Source: Nitrososphaerales archaeon
GTDB lineage: Archaea > Thermoproteota > Nitrososphaeria > Nitrososphaerales > UBA213
Reading direction: 5' to 3'
Assembly (NCBI GenBank): GCA_965197925.1
Contig: CBDAOC010000020.1
Span: 960,001 to 1,024,000 of the forward strand
Length of the DNA stretch: 64,000 nt
Shown here in pieces: positions 33,681 to 45,564 of the stretch (positions within the stretch are counted from its first letter, which is position 1; every line of letters starts with the position of its first letter). The notes below the pieces were generated by a model. The model was given only the letters and a program-made list of their open reading frames with translations. It was not told where the DNA came from and ran no database searches. The position numbers and the translations under genes were made by a program.

Positions 33681-34214
33681 TTATGTTCGCCAATTACCTC
33701 TTTCTTTATATCTTTTTTCCATTAAATAAGATATTCCACCTGCAACCAACAGGATCATGCCTAAGATCACAATATATGATGGCATTCCTATAGCAATCAT
33801 GGGATCCGTACTACCTGAATATACATCCCCGCCCAGCGCAGCAGAAATCCTGATCATATCCCTAGGTGAGGAGTTATGGATGGTCATGGTATACAATCCC
33901 TCTTTTTTAGCGTCAAAATTATCTATAACAAAAGGGGCATCAAACTGTCTGCTAATGATCTGTATATCATCAGGGTCTTTGATTTCTATTCGGAGAACAC
34001 TGTCGCCTTGTTCGATTATCTCGATGGCATAAACACCACTAAAGTACTCTTCACCTTCTATACGCTCCCTTATCTCAACGGTTTCCCTAGGTCCTAGTGT
34101 ATACTCTTTATTCCTCATCTCTGAGATGGCAGACTGTGCAACTATCCCCAAAACTATGAGACCCCCCAATAGGATTATACCTCCACTAATTAGAACTATT
34201 ATACTTCTCTTCAT
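33681..34214 (-). CDS. Membrane protein with an extracellular beta domain between two TMs
   Basis: N- and C-terminal hydrophobic segments. Confidence 0.7.
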   Translation of the reverse strand: MKRSIIVLISGGIILLGGLIVLGIVAQSAISEMRNKEYTLGPRETVEIRERIEGEEYFSGVYAIEIIEQGDSVLRIEIKDPDDIQIISRQFDAPFVIDNFDAKKEGLYTMTIHNSSPRDMIRISAALGGDVYSGSTDPMIAIGMPSYIVILGMILLVAGGISYLMEKRYKERGNWRT

Positions 34215-34742
34215 CGTGGTTTTAAGACGGCGAGAGTTTATACGCTTTTCCGATGATCTTATTATGAAATTATTTCCTCAACTAGACTTACCATTGGTAG
34301 AATAGATTCCATTGTAGAGTTTAAGAGTAGATGTTATTGTTTAGTTTAAGAATAGATGGGAATGGGGTCGTATGTATGACTAGTCCCGGTGACGCGAAAG
34401 CCATTATAAACTTTAACAATAAAGCAGAATTTTTTTGTGGAAATATTTGCACTTTTAAATGCTACTGTGCACAGATGACTCTTTTTGAATCTCTAATGGA
34501 TTTGAGTTAGAGTGGTAATTAGTTTTCTTCTCTAATTACTGTAGTAAGTTATTGAATGTAATCCTACCAATAGATACCAATAAAGTTAACAAAAAAGGAT
34601 TATATCCATCAATGCTTGTGAGAGAATTATATTATTTGTTCATTTAACAAGCAGCAAACATCAGCTGGTTATTGTTTTATTAAAATCATCATATAGGATT
34701 GAGGAAGTATTTACAATATCTTACAAAAAGTGATCGTTATCC

Positions 34743-35747
34743 TTAGGTGTTTTGACCCTCATCAACGTTAAAGACCCCAATCCATCCTTTATCAGCAAAT
34801 TCATTTTGATGGGAATGGAACAGGTATTTCCCAGGATATTTATACGTAAATTCTATAACCGCTCTTTCTCCTTGGCTCATAGTTACCATATCTGTTATCT
34901 CGTAATGGGTCAAATTGGTCCCAGTCCGGAATAACTTGTATACATTGCCGTGAATATGGAAAGAATTAACTTGATCAAATTCTAGAATATTGATTAGATA
35001 AATTCTAATCTGTTTATTCATTTCTATTTCTATAGGGTGCTCCATGTGATAAAATGCTGGACCATTGACAGCATAGAAATTGTTCTCCTCGTCAAAGTCT
35101 GTATCAAATCCGTTCATTATGAATACCAATTCGTCAGCTGGTGCTCTTGGTGTTTTTGGGTCAACTATGAATGCACCGAAAAGGCCCCGATTGATATGTT
35201 CCGCAACGGGTGGCATATGGCAATGGTAAAGGAACAACCCAAAGGGTTCAGCAGTCCATTCATAAAGGAATCTACCTCCTGGGCCTATAATTTCGAAAAC
35301 ACCATCCATCTCGGCTGGATGTTCTCCGTGTAAATGTATCGTATGTGAGTGTTCTCCATTATTTATGAAATTGATCCTCATCAGATCCCCTTCTGTTGCA
35401 CGGATGGTAGGCCCAGGCACAGTTCCATTGTATGTCCATGCACTGAAGAAAATTCCAGGTGAAACTTCGATCTCAACATCTTCCACTATTATGGTAAAGT
35501 CTCTGACTGTGGTACCATCGGGTAATGTTGAAACGACTCCATAATTAAAATCACGGAGGAATTCGGTAGGGTCTACACTTAATTGGGTATAGCCATTTCC
35601 TACGGCAGATAACCTTATACTCTCTCCCTCATCGTTGTGTGAGGTTGTGGATGCAATAACGACTCCAGTAGCGATTGTTATTGCGACAGCTACGGTGATA
35701 ATGATTCTGGTTAGGATCGGACGAACTATCTGCACGACGATAACCAT
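34743..35747 (-). CDS. Two-domain multicopper oxidase
   Basis: Signal anchor; HTIHLHG, YHCH...H...L, FHIHG, FHSH. Confidence 0.9.
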   Translation of the reverse strand: MVIVVQIVRPILTRIIITVAVAITIATGVVIASTTSHNDEGESIRLSAVGNGYTQLSVDPTEFLRDFNYGVVSTLPDGTTVRDFTIIVEDVEIEVSPGIFFSAWTYNGTVPGPTIRATEGDLMRINFINNGEHSHTIHLHGEHPAEMDGVFEIIGPGGRFLYEWTAEPFGLFLYHCHMPPVAEHINRGLFGAFIVDPKTPRAPADELVFIMNGFDTDFDEENNFYAVNGPAFYHMEHPIEIEMNKQIRIYLINILEFDQVNSFHIHGNVYKLFRTGTNLTHYEITDMVTMSQGERAVIEFTYKYPGKYLFHSHQNEFADKGWIGVFNVDEGQNT

Positions 35748-36213
35748 ACAGAATTAGCATTATATAAATTTTTTAGCCAATGGAAAAATTATTGCAACAG
35801 ATTAACTTTAAATATAATACTTCCTATATTCATCATAAAATCACGAGCTACAGTGATATAATAGTTACAGAAAAGTCAAATTCTAATTTAGTTATAAATA
35901 TATACTTGGATAGAGGGATTTATTAAATCTCCAGAACCGGATAAACTTTACATATTCTAAGATCAAGGGATTCTAGTCAGGAAGAAGGCCTGTATCAAAT
36001 TGCATTGGTGATCTATGAACAAATGTTAATAGGGATGTTCCCATCCAAAAATGTCCTAATATGTTAATCCCCGTTGATTCGATAACTGATTTAATCATCG
36101 CAAATGTTCTAGTTTCAATTTCAGTAATTGCTCACAAAATGCTGAATAAAAATAATGGACCAGTTAATATGTTCAAGTTTTATATGCCAGAAATTCAGTT
36201 GTTATGGTAATTT

Positions 36214-37032
36214 ATGGTAAAAAATCTAACACCTCTTTTGCTAAGTTTATTTATTTTACTAATTTTACAAAGTCCCATTCTTATCGGAAGTTCCTACGGG
36301 CAAATTGTTAAAGGAGATCCAAATGGAATTGTAACAATAACACCAATGAGGATTTTTGAATTTGGATTAAAGATCGAGAAGGACACACAGGTGCAGTACA
36401 CCCTCGATGCAGATACCTTAATGTTATTTGATATTCACTCACATCAGGGAAATCAGATTATAACTCACCTAATGGATGAATCAAAAACATTTGAAGGTGT
36501 ATTTGTTGCACCTAAGGATGGTGATTATTATTTTCTAGCCATGAATCTTGCCGAAACAGATGCAACTCTACAATACAATATATTATTGAGACAGAATACT
36601 CTTCAACTTGAGTATCAAGATACAAAATTTAATATAAACACCTTATCAAATTCGGCGGTGGAGATCATTAGTTTTGACCCAGAACATAAACAAATCCTGA
36701 TCAGGGTGCATACACCTTACCTTACTCCTGGATTTGTGAATATTAGTATTCCAAGAATTTTACTGGATGGACCTTTTGAGCTACAAGGTAGCATGACGGA
36801 ATTGAGCTACTCGCAAGATGAATCCTCAACCGCATTCATCATCAATACTCCTCTAGGCATTCATGATGTAACGATAACTGGAACTACCGCAATACCGGAG
36901 ATTCCCTTCCCCGCTCTACTCTTGGCATTAACATTAACATCTTTTCTTTTTATTACAAGATTAAAATGGAAGAATAGAATATACCACTTGCTCGTGGCTA
37001 AAGAACACTTTTCAATAGCATCAATAACTTAG
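36214..37032 (+). CDS. Secreted protein with PEF-type C-terminal sorting signal
   Basis: Signal peptide; GTTAIPEIP + TM + basic tail. Confidence 0.75.
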   Translation: MVKNLTPLLLSLFILLILQSPILIGSSYGQIVKGDPNGIVTITPMRIFEFGLKIEKDTQVQYTLDADTLMLFDIHSHQGNQIITHLMDESKTFEGVFVAPKDGDYYFLAMNLAETDATLQYNILLRQNTLQLEYQDTKFNINTLSNSAVEIISFDPEHKQILIRVHTPYLTPGFVNISIPRILLDGPFELQGSMTELSYSQDESSTAFIINTPLGIHDVTITGTTAIPEIPFPALLLALTLTSFLFITRLKWKNRIYHLLVAKEHFSIASIT

Positions 37033-37326
37033 ATATAAAACATTTAGACCACGATTGTAATTCAATTTTATTCTCCGGTGAGGTTTGATTCTTACATCTT
37101 GTAAATGTACATCTAAAGCTTCATATCTTTGTCATTTTTCAATGTTGTTCATATTAATGTAGAAGGATTCACTTGTGGAGTCAGTTCTAATTCCATTTTA
37201 TTATGGAATTTAGGTATTAGTCTAATGCTGAAATTACTGTATTTGGATTATAGATCATAATAGTTTGTTCGATTTGTTGATCACATGGATTCTTATGACA
37301 GTTGTTAGTGCTGGTATCCCAAACAA

Positions 37327-37788
37327 CTAAACCGATTGGACCACCATCTGTCCCATATGTAAAGCGTGACCCTCGCCACAGAAGACAGTACAGTAGTAAG
37401 TGAATGTACCTGTTTTGTTAGCTATGAATTTTACAACAGTTTCTGCATTGGGGCTTATATGCCTGTCAGCTATTTCTGGATATCCATCCATGGCAAACCC
37501 ATGTGGTACATCATTACTCTTCAACCTAATCACCACTTCTTGACCTTCATAAACACTGATAGAACAATAGCTGAATCGCCATTGATATACATCCATAAAA
37601 ATCTCTATCACATCTTTATTTGGATCAGCCTTAAAGTCACCTTTGACACATTTGTCAGCATTCTGCAATCTTGGAGTGAGGATTTCATCAACTTGTTCAT
37701 TAGGCTGTAAAGAGGCGAGTGAGGTAAGTATTACTACAGCAACTACACTACCACCTACAATTGTTGTAATTCTCTTATTCACAACCAA
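37327..37788 (-). CDS. Stand-alone CuA-type cupredoxin (COX2/NosZ C-terminal-like)
   Basis: DVPHGF and YCTVFCGEGHALHM; one N-terminal anchor. Confidence 0.85.
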   Translation of the reverse strand: MVVNKRITTIVGGSVVAVVILTSLASLQPNEQVDEILTPRLQNADKCVKGDFKADPNKDVIEIFMDVYQWRFSYCSISVYEGQEVVIRLKSNDVPHGFAMDGYPEIADRHISPNAETVVKFIANKTGTFTYYCTVFCGEGHALHMGQMVVQSV

Positions 37789-37878
37789 ACTTTACTTTTT
37801 TAGGCGTATAAATTGTATGCTTTCGTATTCGATAGATGTACCAAAAGGTTTTATTCAACTCAGAGGCTATTATTCATA

Positions 37879-38445
37879 ATGAATAAAGTATTATTCGGAT
37901 TAGCCGCTGTAACCATATTTTCTACAATCGTAGCTATATCATTTGCATCATTTGCAAAAAGTACAGAACCAGAGTCTGGACATAATGCTGTTACAGTCTT
38001 GCTAAATTACAAGAGGATTCCAGCAGGAGATTTTATACACTTGTATGATTCTACACCAATGCCTATCGCTCAAGGGCATTTTGCTGTAAAGGTAGATTGT
38101 AATGAAGACGGAGATGGTATTGCATCTATTGCGTTAGGGGCTGCTCCTAATATGGAGATCATAAAGCTAACAATGGACAACATGGTTCATGAGCTTTCTT
38201 CACATGGAGAGATGTGCATTTACCACGTAGATCTGCCACCTGAGCATGATCTGTTGGTCACTGATCTTGCAGTAATAAACACTAGTAGTAGTTCAATAAG
38301 GCTTGGTCCTACTGCTACAGCAGTGATTCATGTGCACTCGTTCGGTGATGCAATGGAGCATGGTGGAGAAATGCACGATGGCGAAGAGCATGAAGAAGAC
38401 GAGAATGAAGAAGGAATGACTCGACGTAAAAGTATCCAACGATGA
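37879..38445 (+). CDS. Secreted His/Cys-rich hypothetical protein
   Basis: Signal peptide; IHLYDSTP, GHF, CIYHVDL; acidic His-rich tail. Confidence 0.7.
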   Translation: MNKVLFGLAAVTIFSTIVAISFASFAKSTEPESGHNAVTVLLNYKRIPAGDFIHLYDSTPMPIAQGHFAVKVDCNEDGDGIASIALGAAPNMEIIKLTMDNMVHELSSHGEMCIYHVDLPPEHDLLVTDLAVINTSSSSIRLGPTATAVIHVHSFGDAMEHGGEMHDGEEHEEDENEEGMTRRKSIQR

Positions 38446-38679
38446 ATTATTAAGGTATCATTGCATCAATAACTTACTTTTATTTTTATAATTAGTATTA
38501 ATAGTTAAATTTATTGAGATTCTTATCCAACTTGTCACAACGAGACGGAACTGATCAATTCTTAACAAGAATTATCATAATGCAAAGGATTCAAGGATGG
38601 AATCCATTAGTAGCCTCCATTATCTCAATATTAGTTTTTTTTACACAGGGTATTCCTACTTTGCAATCATTTACATGGA

Positions 38680-38920
38680 TTATCCCATAGAATAAATTGT
38701 GTTTGTTGCAAAAATTTTCCAATTGAGTCCATGTTTGAAAAAATCAACTCTACTTATGTTGCCAGAGATATGGAATATTGCAACAAGAATTATTGCAGTC
38801 TTGAAATCTACAAACAACAAAGCAATAGGAAGGAAAATAGTAGATGAACCAAATCCTGCCAACGTTTCAATTATTTCTGCCATAAATGCCGATAGAAAAA
38901 ATAGGAATTCTTATTCCATG
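38680..38920 (-). pseudogene. TauE/SafE (sulfite exporter-like) N-terminal fragment
   Basis: AEIIETLAGFGSSTIFLP, then truncation. Confidence 0.65.
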
Positions 38921-38949
38921 ATTTTTTGGTTGACGTTAAATCTTAAAAT

Positions 38950-39480
38950 ACTTTAGGCATACAGTGCTGTGATTTTGAAAGATTTCTCTTCTGAATACTT
39001 TCTTGCCGATTGCCAACCGATCATTCCTGCTTCATCAATCTGTTATGTGGTTTCTTATTTCTCGATTCAATGCTTCCATGATAAGATTCTTTTCTGGTAA
39101 GCATTACCTATATTACCTTGGGCATGTTGATTGCTACAGCTATTATCTCCTTTAGGTCTCCCCATTCTGGAAGCAACTCTAGTGTAGATTAATTTTATCT
39201 TCTTATCATAGTTGAAAGCAATTCTAGCTGCCCTAATTACTATCCATCTTTTCATCCTTGAGCATTGTTTGGTTATTCTTCCAGTACACAATGTGTTACC
39301 TGACTGATGCAGCGAAGGGGTAAGACGTCCCCTGCTAGGAGATTCTTGTATTTACTGAATCTAGAAATATCAACAAATTCAGATCTGATTAACAATACTG
39401 AACAGACATCTATACAAGTCATATTCATTAATAATCTAACAGACCCGTATGGATGCATCATTATATAAAATAAAAATTCA
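38950..39480 (-). mobile_element. IS110-like transposase remnant
   Basis: Fragments SEFVDISRF..., GRITKQCSRMKRWIVIRAA, YTRVASRMG; multiple frameshifts. Limits approximate. Confidence 0.65.
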
Positions 39481-40033
39481 AAAAAAATAGGTACCAACTG
39501 AGCCCAAAACTTCGTCTAAAGGTAGTACAGGGAGGATATCCAAGTATGAAAGCTGAGAAGAGTCTACCAAAAGTTCCTGAAAGGACACTTCTTAATAGTG
39601 AGAGATTTTCATGCCTTGACCATGTAGACCAGAAGAGACATATTGATTCTGGCAAGAATTGTTGTGGAAATAATTTGCCTGGATGATGCTGCAAAATCAC
39701 AATACAACCATTTCAGCCACGGTGAAAACTGGAACTATCGAGAGTCGGGTGATAATCTATTAGAACTTAATTACAGTATGAATACCGACTGTTGGAAGTG
39801 TGAAATCCAAAGGCGATCAATTCAGTTCTTGAAAGAGTTTAAGGTCTGATTGTTACTGGGATGCACTATCACTATTTACAAAGAAAAACGAGTGTCAAAG
39901 GGTTAGCTTTCTTGGATCAAGAAATCTGCTTCAAATTATCCTAAATGATAGATTGAATCTGCTTGATAAAGCAATAGAACTGAAAATGGAGATATAGATA
40001 GAATAACTCTGATTGAAATAGATACTACTATAC

Positions 40034-40816
40034 TTAACGCTTCGAATTCTTACGGAACCAAAATACAAGTGCCACGATGGCACCTAGGATGACCACAACA
40101 GGTAAGTAGGTTGCGAGTTGTATTAACAGTGGATATTCTCTCGATGAACTCAAAATTCCAACTGTATCAGATTCTCCTACTACTATCATACCAGACATCC
40201 AGGGATGAATATTGCAGAAATAAGTGAAGGTGCCAATCTCTTCGAATGTATACGACCACTCTTCTCCTGCAGCGAATAAATCACTATTAAAAATTCCATC
40301 AGGTTCACCCAATTCTCCTTGTATGAACCCAAACCTTCCACTTGAATTACCGCTCGTAACAGTATGCTTTTCCCTATACTCATTTATCCATGTTACAGTA
40401 TCACCAATATTTACGTCAAGTCGAGATGGAATGTACCATTCTTCAGGCCTATCCTTAATCTGTGGGTCTAGTGAGGGGTCAGCTGCTCCATCTGGTATGA
40501 TTACAAATTTCTCTTCATCAACTTTATTGTTTATACCAATAATTCGTGCAGTAGCCATTCCCTCTTGATATGATATTGTTACGTTGGTCCCGCTTGGCAA
40601 ATCACAATTGGGAATAGTTTTTGGCTCAAATAGGTCAGTACTCTGCACTCCACAATTGCCACTAGTAGTGCCTATAATAATGACATCTTCTGTTATTGTC
40701 CCTCTTGAAAGGTTTGTTATAGGAAAAACAAAGACAGCTATGAATACAACTGTCCCACCTATAATGATAGCAAATAGTATGAGTAGGCTTCTGGTGCTAG
40801 CAAATTCGAATCCCAT
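40034..40816 (-). CDS. Membrane-anchored plastocyanin/azurin-type blue copper protein
   Basis: GDTVTW, HTVTSG, YFCNIHPWMSG; N- and C-terminal TMs. Confidence 0.9.
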   Translation of the reverse strand: MGFEFASTRSLLILFAIIIGGTVVFIAVFVFPITNLSRGTITEDVIIIGTTSGNCGVQSTDLFEPKTIPNCDLPSGTNVTISYQEGMATARIIGINNKVDEEKFVIIPDGAADPSLDPQIKDRPEEWYIPSRLDVNIGDTVTWINEYREKHTVTSGNSSGRFGFIQGELGEPDGIFNSDLFAAGEEWSYTFEEIGTFTYFCNIHPWMSGMIVVGESDTVGILSSSREYPLLIQLATYLPVVVILGAIVALVFWFRKNSKR

Positions 40817-41009
40817 CTGATTCCTAACTACAACGACAAATTTGTAACTTTCTATAATTAGACCATATTTCAAAAGGCTCTGTAGAATCTATACATTTTT
40901 AGCTCAATGTATATGGGATTGCAACGTGAGATCAATCTGTGAGATATATCTTATGCCTATACATGGAAGAATCACGATATGTCAAACTTACCAGAACCAA
41001 TAACTATTT

Positions 41010-42107
41010 GAGGCTTGGGCGTAATTTGGCTCGAAACGATAAGATCAGGTTCTAGTTTTTATTGTTGATATGTTTAGCTCAGACTCGATACTTCTTCGTA
41101 TATTATTTTTGATTGGTGTGATTCCTTGGGCAAAACCTCTTAAGAAGAGAGGTAAACCCTACTACTATTCTCCTACAGTAATGGTGAGATGCTTCATCGT
41201 TAGAGTGTGGCTAAGAATACCAAGCAATAATGTGTTACATCAATACTTTTCGATAGACATGCCATACAACAGGAGAGTTATGGAATCATGTGGTCTTGAT
41301 AGGTTGCCAGACAGAAGAACATTCGACAGAAGGTCAAGGCCATATCAATTGACATAAGATCAAGGATAGATGTTATGGGTATGCTCTTCATAAAAGATGG
41401 GTTGGTAGACCCAGCCATAATATCCGTTGATAGTTCCTTGTTGAAGGCAAAAGGACACGTATGGCACAAATCAAACATGAAGAAGAATGAAGTGCCACGC
41501 TCAGGTATAGATACAGATGCTCGATGGGGATTCAGCAGAACCAAGGGATGGATATTCGGATACAAGATGCATCTAGCATGTAGTACTGGTTCGTTGATAG
41601 TTCCATTATCAGCTGATTTCACAACAGCTAACATTACTGATAACAAGATGTATGAAAGCATAACATCTTCATTGCCTACAGGAATGGTAAGGTATGTTGT
41701 AGGAGATGAAGGATATGATGATCACAAGTTATGTGATTTCAGCAGGTATAGAGGGCATCTACTAATATTCCCATTGGAAAGGTACAAGCATACTACAGAT
41801 AATAATAGACTGGCATTGCTGCAGTTCTATAACTCTGAATATGGGCAGCATGTATATTCTCGGAGGAGCATAAGCGTTGAGCCATTGATAGAGCAGATAA
41901 AGGATGTATTTGATATAGACTCATTACCAGTTAGAGGATTTGATAAAGCTAGGAGCATCGTTCTGATTTCTATATTGCTATACCAGCTGATGGTATACTA
42001 CAACTACTTGACAGGAAGACCATTAAGGGCATTGAAGCACATGTTGGGAAGTTAATCAATCAGAGGCATCAAGTTATTTTTGTTATATGGAATAATGCCC
42101 ATGCCTC
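41010..42107 (+). mobile_element. ~1.1-kb DDE insertion sequence, copy 2
   Basis: Same TIRs as copy 1; perfect 8-bp TSD AACTATTT (41002-41009 / 42108-42115). Confidence 0.95.
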
Positions 42108-42192
42108 AACTATTTATGAAATCCTTGGTAATTATGGGTTAACTAGTCAAAATTGCATAGTTATTTATTTAGTTCCAATATTTAGCATCTTC

Positions 42193-42732
42193 ATGATGTG
42201 TAAGATTTATTCCAATTTGTTACTTATTGGTACAATGGTAATATTGACTGGAACGGAGCTTGCTTCGGCTCAGGAAGCTACCCTAGGTTTGGAAGGACCA
42301 ATTGTAACATCAACGGACAAGGATTCAATTGACGTAGAACTCTCCTGGTCCCCCACACCTTTAGAACCAGATCAGGAAACTAAAATGCATATTCGCTTCC
42401 TTCAAAAAGATAAGGGAATATTACAACAGCATGTAGATTATAAGATATTTATTGAGAAGGATGGAAGTGAAGTTTATAGAATACCTATTACACATACAAA
42501 TCCAGGGGAAGTTACAATACCTTACACCTTCACCACTACAGGTGATTTTCTGATAGGCATTGATGTTGAAGGCATACTCTTCCAACCCATCCCCAAAGAA
42601 ACTGCAACTTTTTCGATCCTAGTGGTGCCGGAATTCCCGGTTAGTGCAATTATTGTAATGAGTGTTGTTATAGCTTTTGTTGTTTTGTTGGCACGAGCGC
42701 AACCAATTATGAAACCTATATATAAAAACTGA
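42193..42732 (+). CDS. Secreted PEF-CTERM-type surface protein (single domain)
   Basis: Signal peptide; VVPEFP + TM + basic tail. Confidence 0.85.
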   Translation: MMCKIYSNLLLIGTMVILTGTELASAQEATLGLEGPIVTSTDKDSIDVELSWSPTPLEPDQETKMHIRFLQKDKGILQQHVDYKIFIEKDGSEVYRIPITHTNPGEVTIPYTFTTTGDFLIGIDVEGILFQPIPKETATFSILVVPEFPVSAIIVMSVVIAFVVLLARAQPIMKPIYKN

Positions 42733-42746
42733 ATACCTTAGAAAAT

Positions 42747-44171
42747 ATGAATAGAGATTATTTGATGTTTAGTCTTGTAACATCCCTATTGGTTTTTTCG
42801 GCTTTGAGTTATAGTTCAGCGTTTGGTCATGGTCTAGCAGGTGATATGCCACCACCCGTTGATCTAAGTGGTAAGAATGTGACAGTTTTTGTCAAGATGA
42901 GTCCTGCCGCATTGAGTGCTAGCGCTCCTGAAGATGCTACACTTGATATAAGATTCTTCGATACCAAAACTGATGAAAACTTTGAGCAGGTCACGTACCG
43001 AGTGTGGGTGAAGAAAGAGGGCGAATTGTTAATGAATGAGTGGTTTTATCATCCCAATGGAGATCTGCAGATAAAGATCAGACCTACGGATACAGAAAAG
43101 GTAAAGGTTTATGGTGAGCAGGAATTGCAGCTGGGAGGATGGTTTGGTAGAGGCGGACCTCCGGTTGTGGAAGCGCCTATATTTCTTGAAGGTGGATTGT
43201 ATAATATTTTTGTAGAGATATTTACCGTTGGTACTACTAGGCAGATATTGGATCCACCATTGGAATTTGATGCTTGGGTAAGTGTGGCTGAAGATAATTT
43301 ATTCACAGTTGTTGACAATGGCAAAGAATATCCAATCACGGTTAGAACTTACTTCGACACGATAAGTGAGTTTGAGTTTGATGAGAATAACAAGACATTA
43401 ACCTTTAGAATGCCATTCAACTGGGAGCCTCAATTTACAAAGCTGGTCTATGTAGTACATGAAGAGATTATCGTTCCAAAGGATTTTCAGCAATTCATTG
43501 AATCAGGCAAATATCAAGCAAGTGTGAACGATGTTCCAATAGTGGGGAGGGCTCTCCTTGTGGATCCATATTCTTTTGAAGACAAACTCGTGATACATTA
43601 CTTGATTCCTACTCAGGAACTTGAGCAGATAGGTGAGCAAATTGCAACGGATTCTACATATCCAGAAGAGATGGTATTTAGCCTCAGACCAATCGAAGGC
43701 AGTGAAATAAGTAAAGGCAATAGCATGAATCTGTTCACCGATAACAACAAGGTAAGGATAGTGGTTGGATGGAATCAGGAGATGATCGAACCCACCGAGC
43801 CTGTGAATTTTGATCTTACCTTTTTCGATACAGATACCAACGCTATAATGCGTGATGTTAATTATAACTTTAAAATATTCGATGATAATGGTAATGAGAT
43901 TTACTTTAGGAATAATATGTTAAGTGCTGAAGGGATAGACACGCATACCCATACATTTGAAAGCATTGGTTCCGCTACAATACAGATTCATGTGTTAGGC
44001 ACTGGTTCATTTACTCAGATAGATGACTCCCTCATGGGAACTGCTGAAGGTTCGATAAGTATCGTGCCAGAGTTTCCCATCGGCGCTATAATAGCCATGG
44101 CAGGTGCTGTTACTGCGGTATTATTATTCACACGTGCTAAGCTATTTCCTGATTTGATGAAAATTCATTGA
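42747..44171 (+). CDS. Secreted PEF-CTERM-type surface protein, paralog A
   Basis: AFG|HGLAG predicted mature start; FRMPFNW, VHEEI; IVPEFP + TM. Confidence 0.88.
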   Translation: MNRDYLMFSLVTSLLVFSALSYSSAFGHGLAGDMPPPVDLSGKNVTVFVKMSPAALSASAPEDATLDIRFFDTKTDENFEQVTYRVWVKKEGELLMNEWFYHPNGDLQIKIRPTDTEKVKVYGEQELQLGGWFGRGGPPVVEAPIFLEGGLYNIFVEIFTVGTTRQILDPPLEFDAWVSVAEDNLFTVVDNGKEYPITVRTYFDTISEFEFDENNKTLTFRMPFNWEPQFTKLVYVVHEEIIVPKDFQQFIESGKYQASVNDVPIVGRALLVDPYSFEDKLVIHYLIPTQELEQIGEQIATDSTYPEEMVFSLRPIEGSEISKGNSMNLFTDNNKVRIVVGWNQEMIEPTEPVNFDLTFFDTDTNAIMRDVNYNFKIFDDNGNEIYFRNNMLSAEGIDTHTHTFESIGSATIQIHVLGTGSFTQIDDSLMGTAEGSISIVPEFPIGAIIAMAGAVTAVLLFTRAKLFPDLMKIH

Positions 44172-45521
44172 TCCACATCTCGTAATTACTATCATGGTAG
44201 AAACTATAGCAAGAAAAATTACAAATGGGCCCAATGGAAATTCAGGTACCACGGTTATGAGCAGAGGCGCAGACTCGCCTGTATTGTTTATGTTTTCAAT
44301 TAGTAGAAGTATGGTCCCCGTCTGTTCTTCAGTAAAGGTATAATCCTGCACTATTGCTCCAATGGGAGCTTTGTGATGCTTTCTTACAATCTCCTTTCCA
44401 TCCTTGAAAATCACCAGGTCAGCACTAGAATTTTTCAGTGTGTCAAGTGTTTTGGGGTCTCTTAATGTAACTATGAATTTTGTGGGTTTGCCAGGTTCTA
44501 TAATCCCTGGACTCCATGATATCTGTAGTAAGAAATTTTCCTTCGCAGATAAGATCTCCAGAGGAAATTTTGGAATATCCCTTGGCATAAGTGTAAATAC
44601 AGAAACATTCTGTTCAGGTTTTTGATTTTGTGCTATTCTTATCAACCTATCCTTTCCCACAATGAAATGCACTGTTCGCGTGTTCTCGTATGAATAATCA
44701 TCGAGTAGCAATTCCCTGTTTGAAACTTCAACACCGTTTATTGTTCCGATGTAACTGTTGGACATCAGTCCAGCAAAGTCATTGGAAATCTGTACCTCCT
44801 GATGAATAAAGGGAATCTGGATGAGATAGTTAACATTCCATTCTAATGGCATTCTAAAAGTTATCTTCCTTTCAGAACTATCATAAGAAAGATCACTTAT
44901 TTCATCATAGTAAGTCTTGATGAACAGCATTTGTTTATTATCTTCAGCATCCAAGACCTCATAGTGTGAAGTTTTACCCATACTTGCGAACAGATCGAAT
45001 TCCAAAGGCTCTTCAAGTTTATTTTCGTACTTCCACATTGACAAAACAGTGAATTTGTAATGATAAAGTCCCCCAACAAGCACCTTTCCCTTGACCAAAG
45101 CAGGATTGTCAAAATTCACATTAAGAGCATTGTATAGGGATTCCCTATTACCGTACACTTCCATCCTTTCATTATTGACATGTTCAAAACGCATTGCTAT
45201 TATTCCATCATGACTATGAAACTTATCGTCGAGTAGAATTTCTCCGGCGCGTATGATCTTTACATTGAGTGTTACATGGGGAACAGTGTTGTCGTTGTTA
45301 ATTTCCCGCAGCCGTATTGATGCACTACCAACTTTATCGTCTTCCGTCAGAAATACAGGATTCATGTCTAATGTTATGGAAATTCTTTTATTATCAACCA
45401 ATACCGATCTTGATTCATCGAATCCCAACCCCTGTCCAAATGAGAACTGTTGTATCGAGCTTATTGATACTATTAGTATACCTAGGGCCATCAGTACAGA
45501 AATTGGAATAGACACATTCAT
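44142..45521 (-). CDS. Secreted PEF-CTERM-type surface protein, paralog B
   Basis: SFG|QGLG; FRMPLEW, IHQEV; VVPEFP + TM. Confidence 0.88.
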   Translation of the reverse strand: MNVSIPISVLMALGILIVSISSIQQFSFGQGLGFDESRSVLVDNKRISITLDMNPVFLTEDDKVGSASIRLREINNDNTVPHVTLNVKIIRAGEILLDDKFHSHDGIIAMRFEHVNNERMEVYGNRESLYNALNVNFDNPALVKGKVLVGGLYHYKFTVLSMWKYENKLEEPLEFDLFASMGKTSHYEVLDAEDNKQMLFIKTYYDEISDLSYDSSERKITFRMPLEWNVNYLIQIPFIHQEVQISNDFAGLMSNSYIGTINGVEVSNRELLLDDYSYENTRTVHFIVGKDRLIRIAQNQKPEQNVSVFTLMPRDIPKFPLEILSAKENFLLQISWSPGIIEPGKPTKFIVTLRDPKTLDTLKNSSADLVIFKDGKEIVRKHHKAPIGAIVQDYTFTEEQTGTILLLIENINNTGESAPLLITVVPEFPLGPFVIFLAIVSTMIVITRCGSMNFHQIRK

Positions 45522-45564
45522 GTTAAAAAAAATCTAGTCTCCCCAATAAATATATTCAGAAATG

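Noticed and set aside
34743..35747. nirK
   Set aside because: It has all four HxH motifs of an oxidase trinuclear site and lacks the axial Met.
37327..37788. coxB or nosZ
   Set aside because: Only a CuA domain; no subunit I neighbour and no propeller.
39500..39960. Decayed gene with a GLIVTGMHYHYL motif (DUF1259-like)
   Set aside because: Too many stops; similarity rests on one short motif.
40876..40887. Solo IS end GGCTCTGTAGAA matching the element at 56172
   Set aside because: Only 12 bp, with no partner end or transposase remnant.
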